Shown here piece after piece: positions 63,300 through 64,000 of a stretch of 64,000 nt of DNA (position 1 is its first letter; each line of letters starts with the position of its first letter). The notes beneath the pieces were generated by a model. The model was given only the letters and a program-made list of their open reading frames with translations, was not told the DNA's origin and made no database searches. The translations under genes were made by a program, and so were the position numbers. Location of the stretch: positions 157,276 to 221,275 of the forward strand of contig PLBK01000021.1 in assembly GCA_003134505.1 (NCBI GenBank), given 5' to 3'. This DNA is from Actinomycetota bacterium. GTDB lineage: Bacteria; Actinomycetota; Thermoleophilia; Gaiellales; Gaiellaceae.

Positions 63300-64000
63300 A
63301 CCTACGTCACACGCAGGCCAAACCCACGACGGTCTCCGACGACGACATCCGAGCGATGCTCGAAGCATTCGCCGGGCCAGCCGATCCGATTCCGCGCACG
63401 AGCAGGAGCCGACGGCGCAGCGCGTCTCGCCGTACGCTCGTCCTGGCCGGTGCGGGCATCGTCGCGCTCGGCGTCGCTGTGCCGGGGTCGCTGGCATTGC
63501 TCGGCCAGTTCTCCGAGACACCCCATCAGTTCATTGGCGACGCAAGCCAGCCCCTGAACGCGAGGAAAGCGATCGAGCAGTTCATCAGCCACAAGCCAGG
63601 ATTCGAGGCGACGCTGACGGATGTGCGGCGGGTCGTCACCGCGAACACACCCGATGGTGAGTACGGCGTCTACGAACTGCTGTTCACCGGCGGCATCAAG
63701 GGAACAGCGGTCATCAGTTCAGCAACCGGCGGGATCGCAGGCATGTCCTACGGGCCTCCCCAAGCCTGCCCGGCTGGATGGGCGCTGCAGGGGGGCGGCT
63801 CGATGGTGGCATTGCCAGGAAAGAGCCCCCTTTACATCACCGGTCAGACCTCAGACGCTGTGGCATCCGTCGATGTCGTCTACCCCGACGGACACTCGAC
63901 GCCCGCCGCCGTATCGAATGGCTACTTCCTCGCGTGGGTCGTACCACTGCCGGGAGCGCCGAACGCCCGCACGGGCTTCTCACCGCCTGTCACGCTCGTC
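63296..64000 (+). CDS. single-pass membrane protein, anti-sigma-factor-like (module C); 3' end outside window
   Basis: ATGA overlap with sigma gene; basic stretch then TM helix LVLAGAGIVALGVAV; frame open to window end. Confidence 0.55.
   Translation, partial: MNLRHTQAKPTTVSDDDIRAMLEAFAGPADPIPRTSRSRRRSASRRTLVLAGAGIVALGVAVPGSLALLGQFSETPHQFIGDASQPLNARKAIEQFISHKPGFEATLTDVRRVVTANTPDGEYGVYELLFTGGIKGTAVISSATGGIAGMSYGPPQACPAGWALQGGGSMVALPGKSPLYITGQTSDAVASVDVVYPDGHSTPAAVSNGYFLAWVVPLPGAPNARTGFSPPVTLV

Overview
Visibly high-GC, actinobacterium-like chromosome segment; the gene content (PAC2, DipZ-like, KorAB, many ECF sigma modules, RTX/BNR exoproteins) resembles Thermoleophilia/Actinomycetota, but taxonomy is not provable from this window. 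Layout: (i) 1-26.4 kb is mostly housekeeping: selD, ctaA, PAC2, tag, a DipZ-like thiol-redox membrane protein, a DEAD/DEAH helicase, proC, an AlkA-like glycosylase, an O-antigen-ligase-like protein, korAB, two RTX-type exoproteins, a marR-MFS pair and a collagen-like/lamin-tail exoprotein. (ii) 26,393-42,374 is a 15,982-bp element carrying a large serine recombinase. It sits in frame inside a secreted NlpC/P60 hydrolase gene, and both att junctions can be reconstructed. Its cargo is about 30 short, mostly unassignable ORFs with no phage structural or conjugation genes. (iii) 42.4-51.5 kb is core-like: a DCC-family thiol oxidoreductase with an in-frame TGA at the first redox Cys (selenoprotein candidate), DedA, an SGNH hydrolase, a sugar transferase, an S9 peptidase, a small stress-gene cluster, an ANTAR regulator and a GYD protein. 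(iv) From 51.5 kb to the window end is a second accessory region. It opens with an orphan 3' half of tRNA-Asp and a decayed resolvase gene, followed by secreted or membrane proteins and three paralogous ECF sigma / anti-sigma-like modules. Two dispersed repeat families (a 36-nt core element and a conserved-loop hairpin) occur only in the two accessory regions and bracket cassette-like single genes. No rRNA, intact tRNA, CRISPR array or IS transposase was seen. Most long ORFs antisense to the listed genes are high-GC shadow ORFs.
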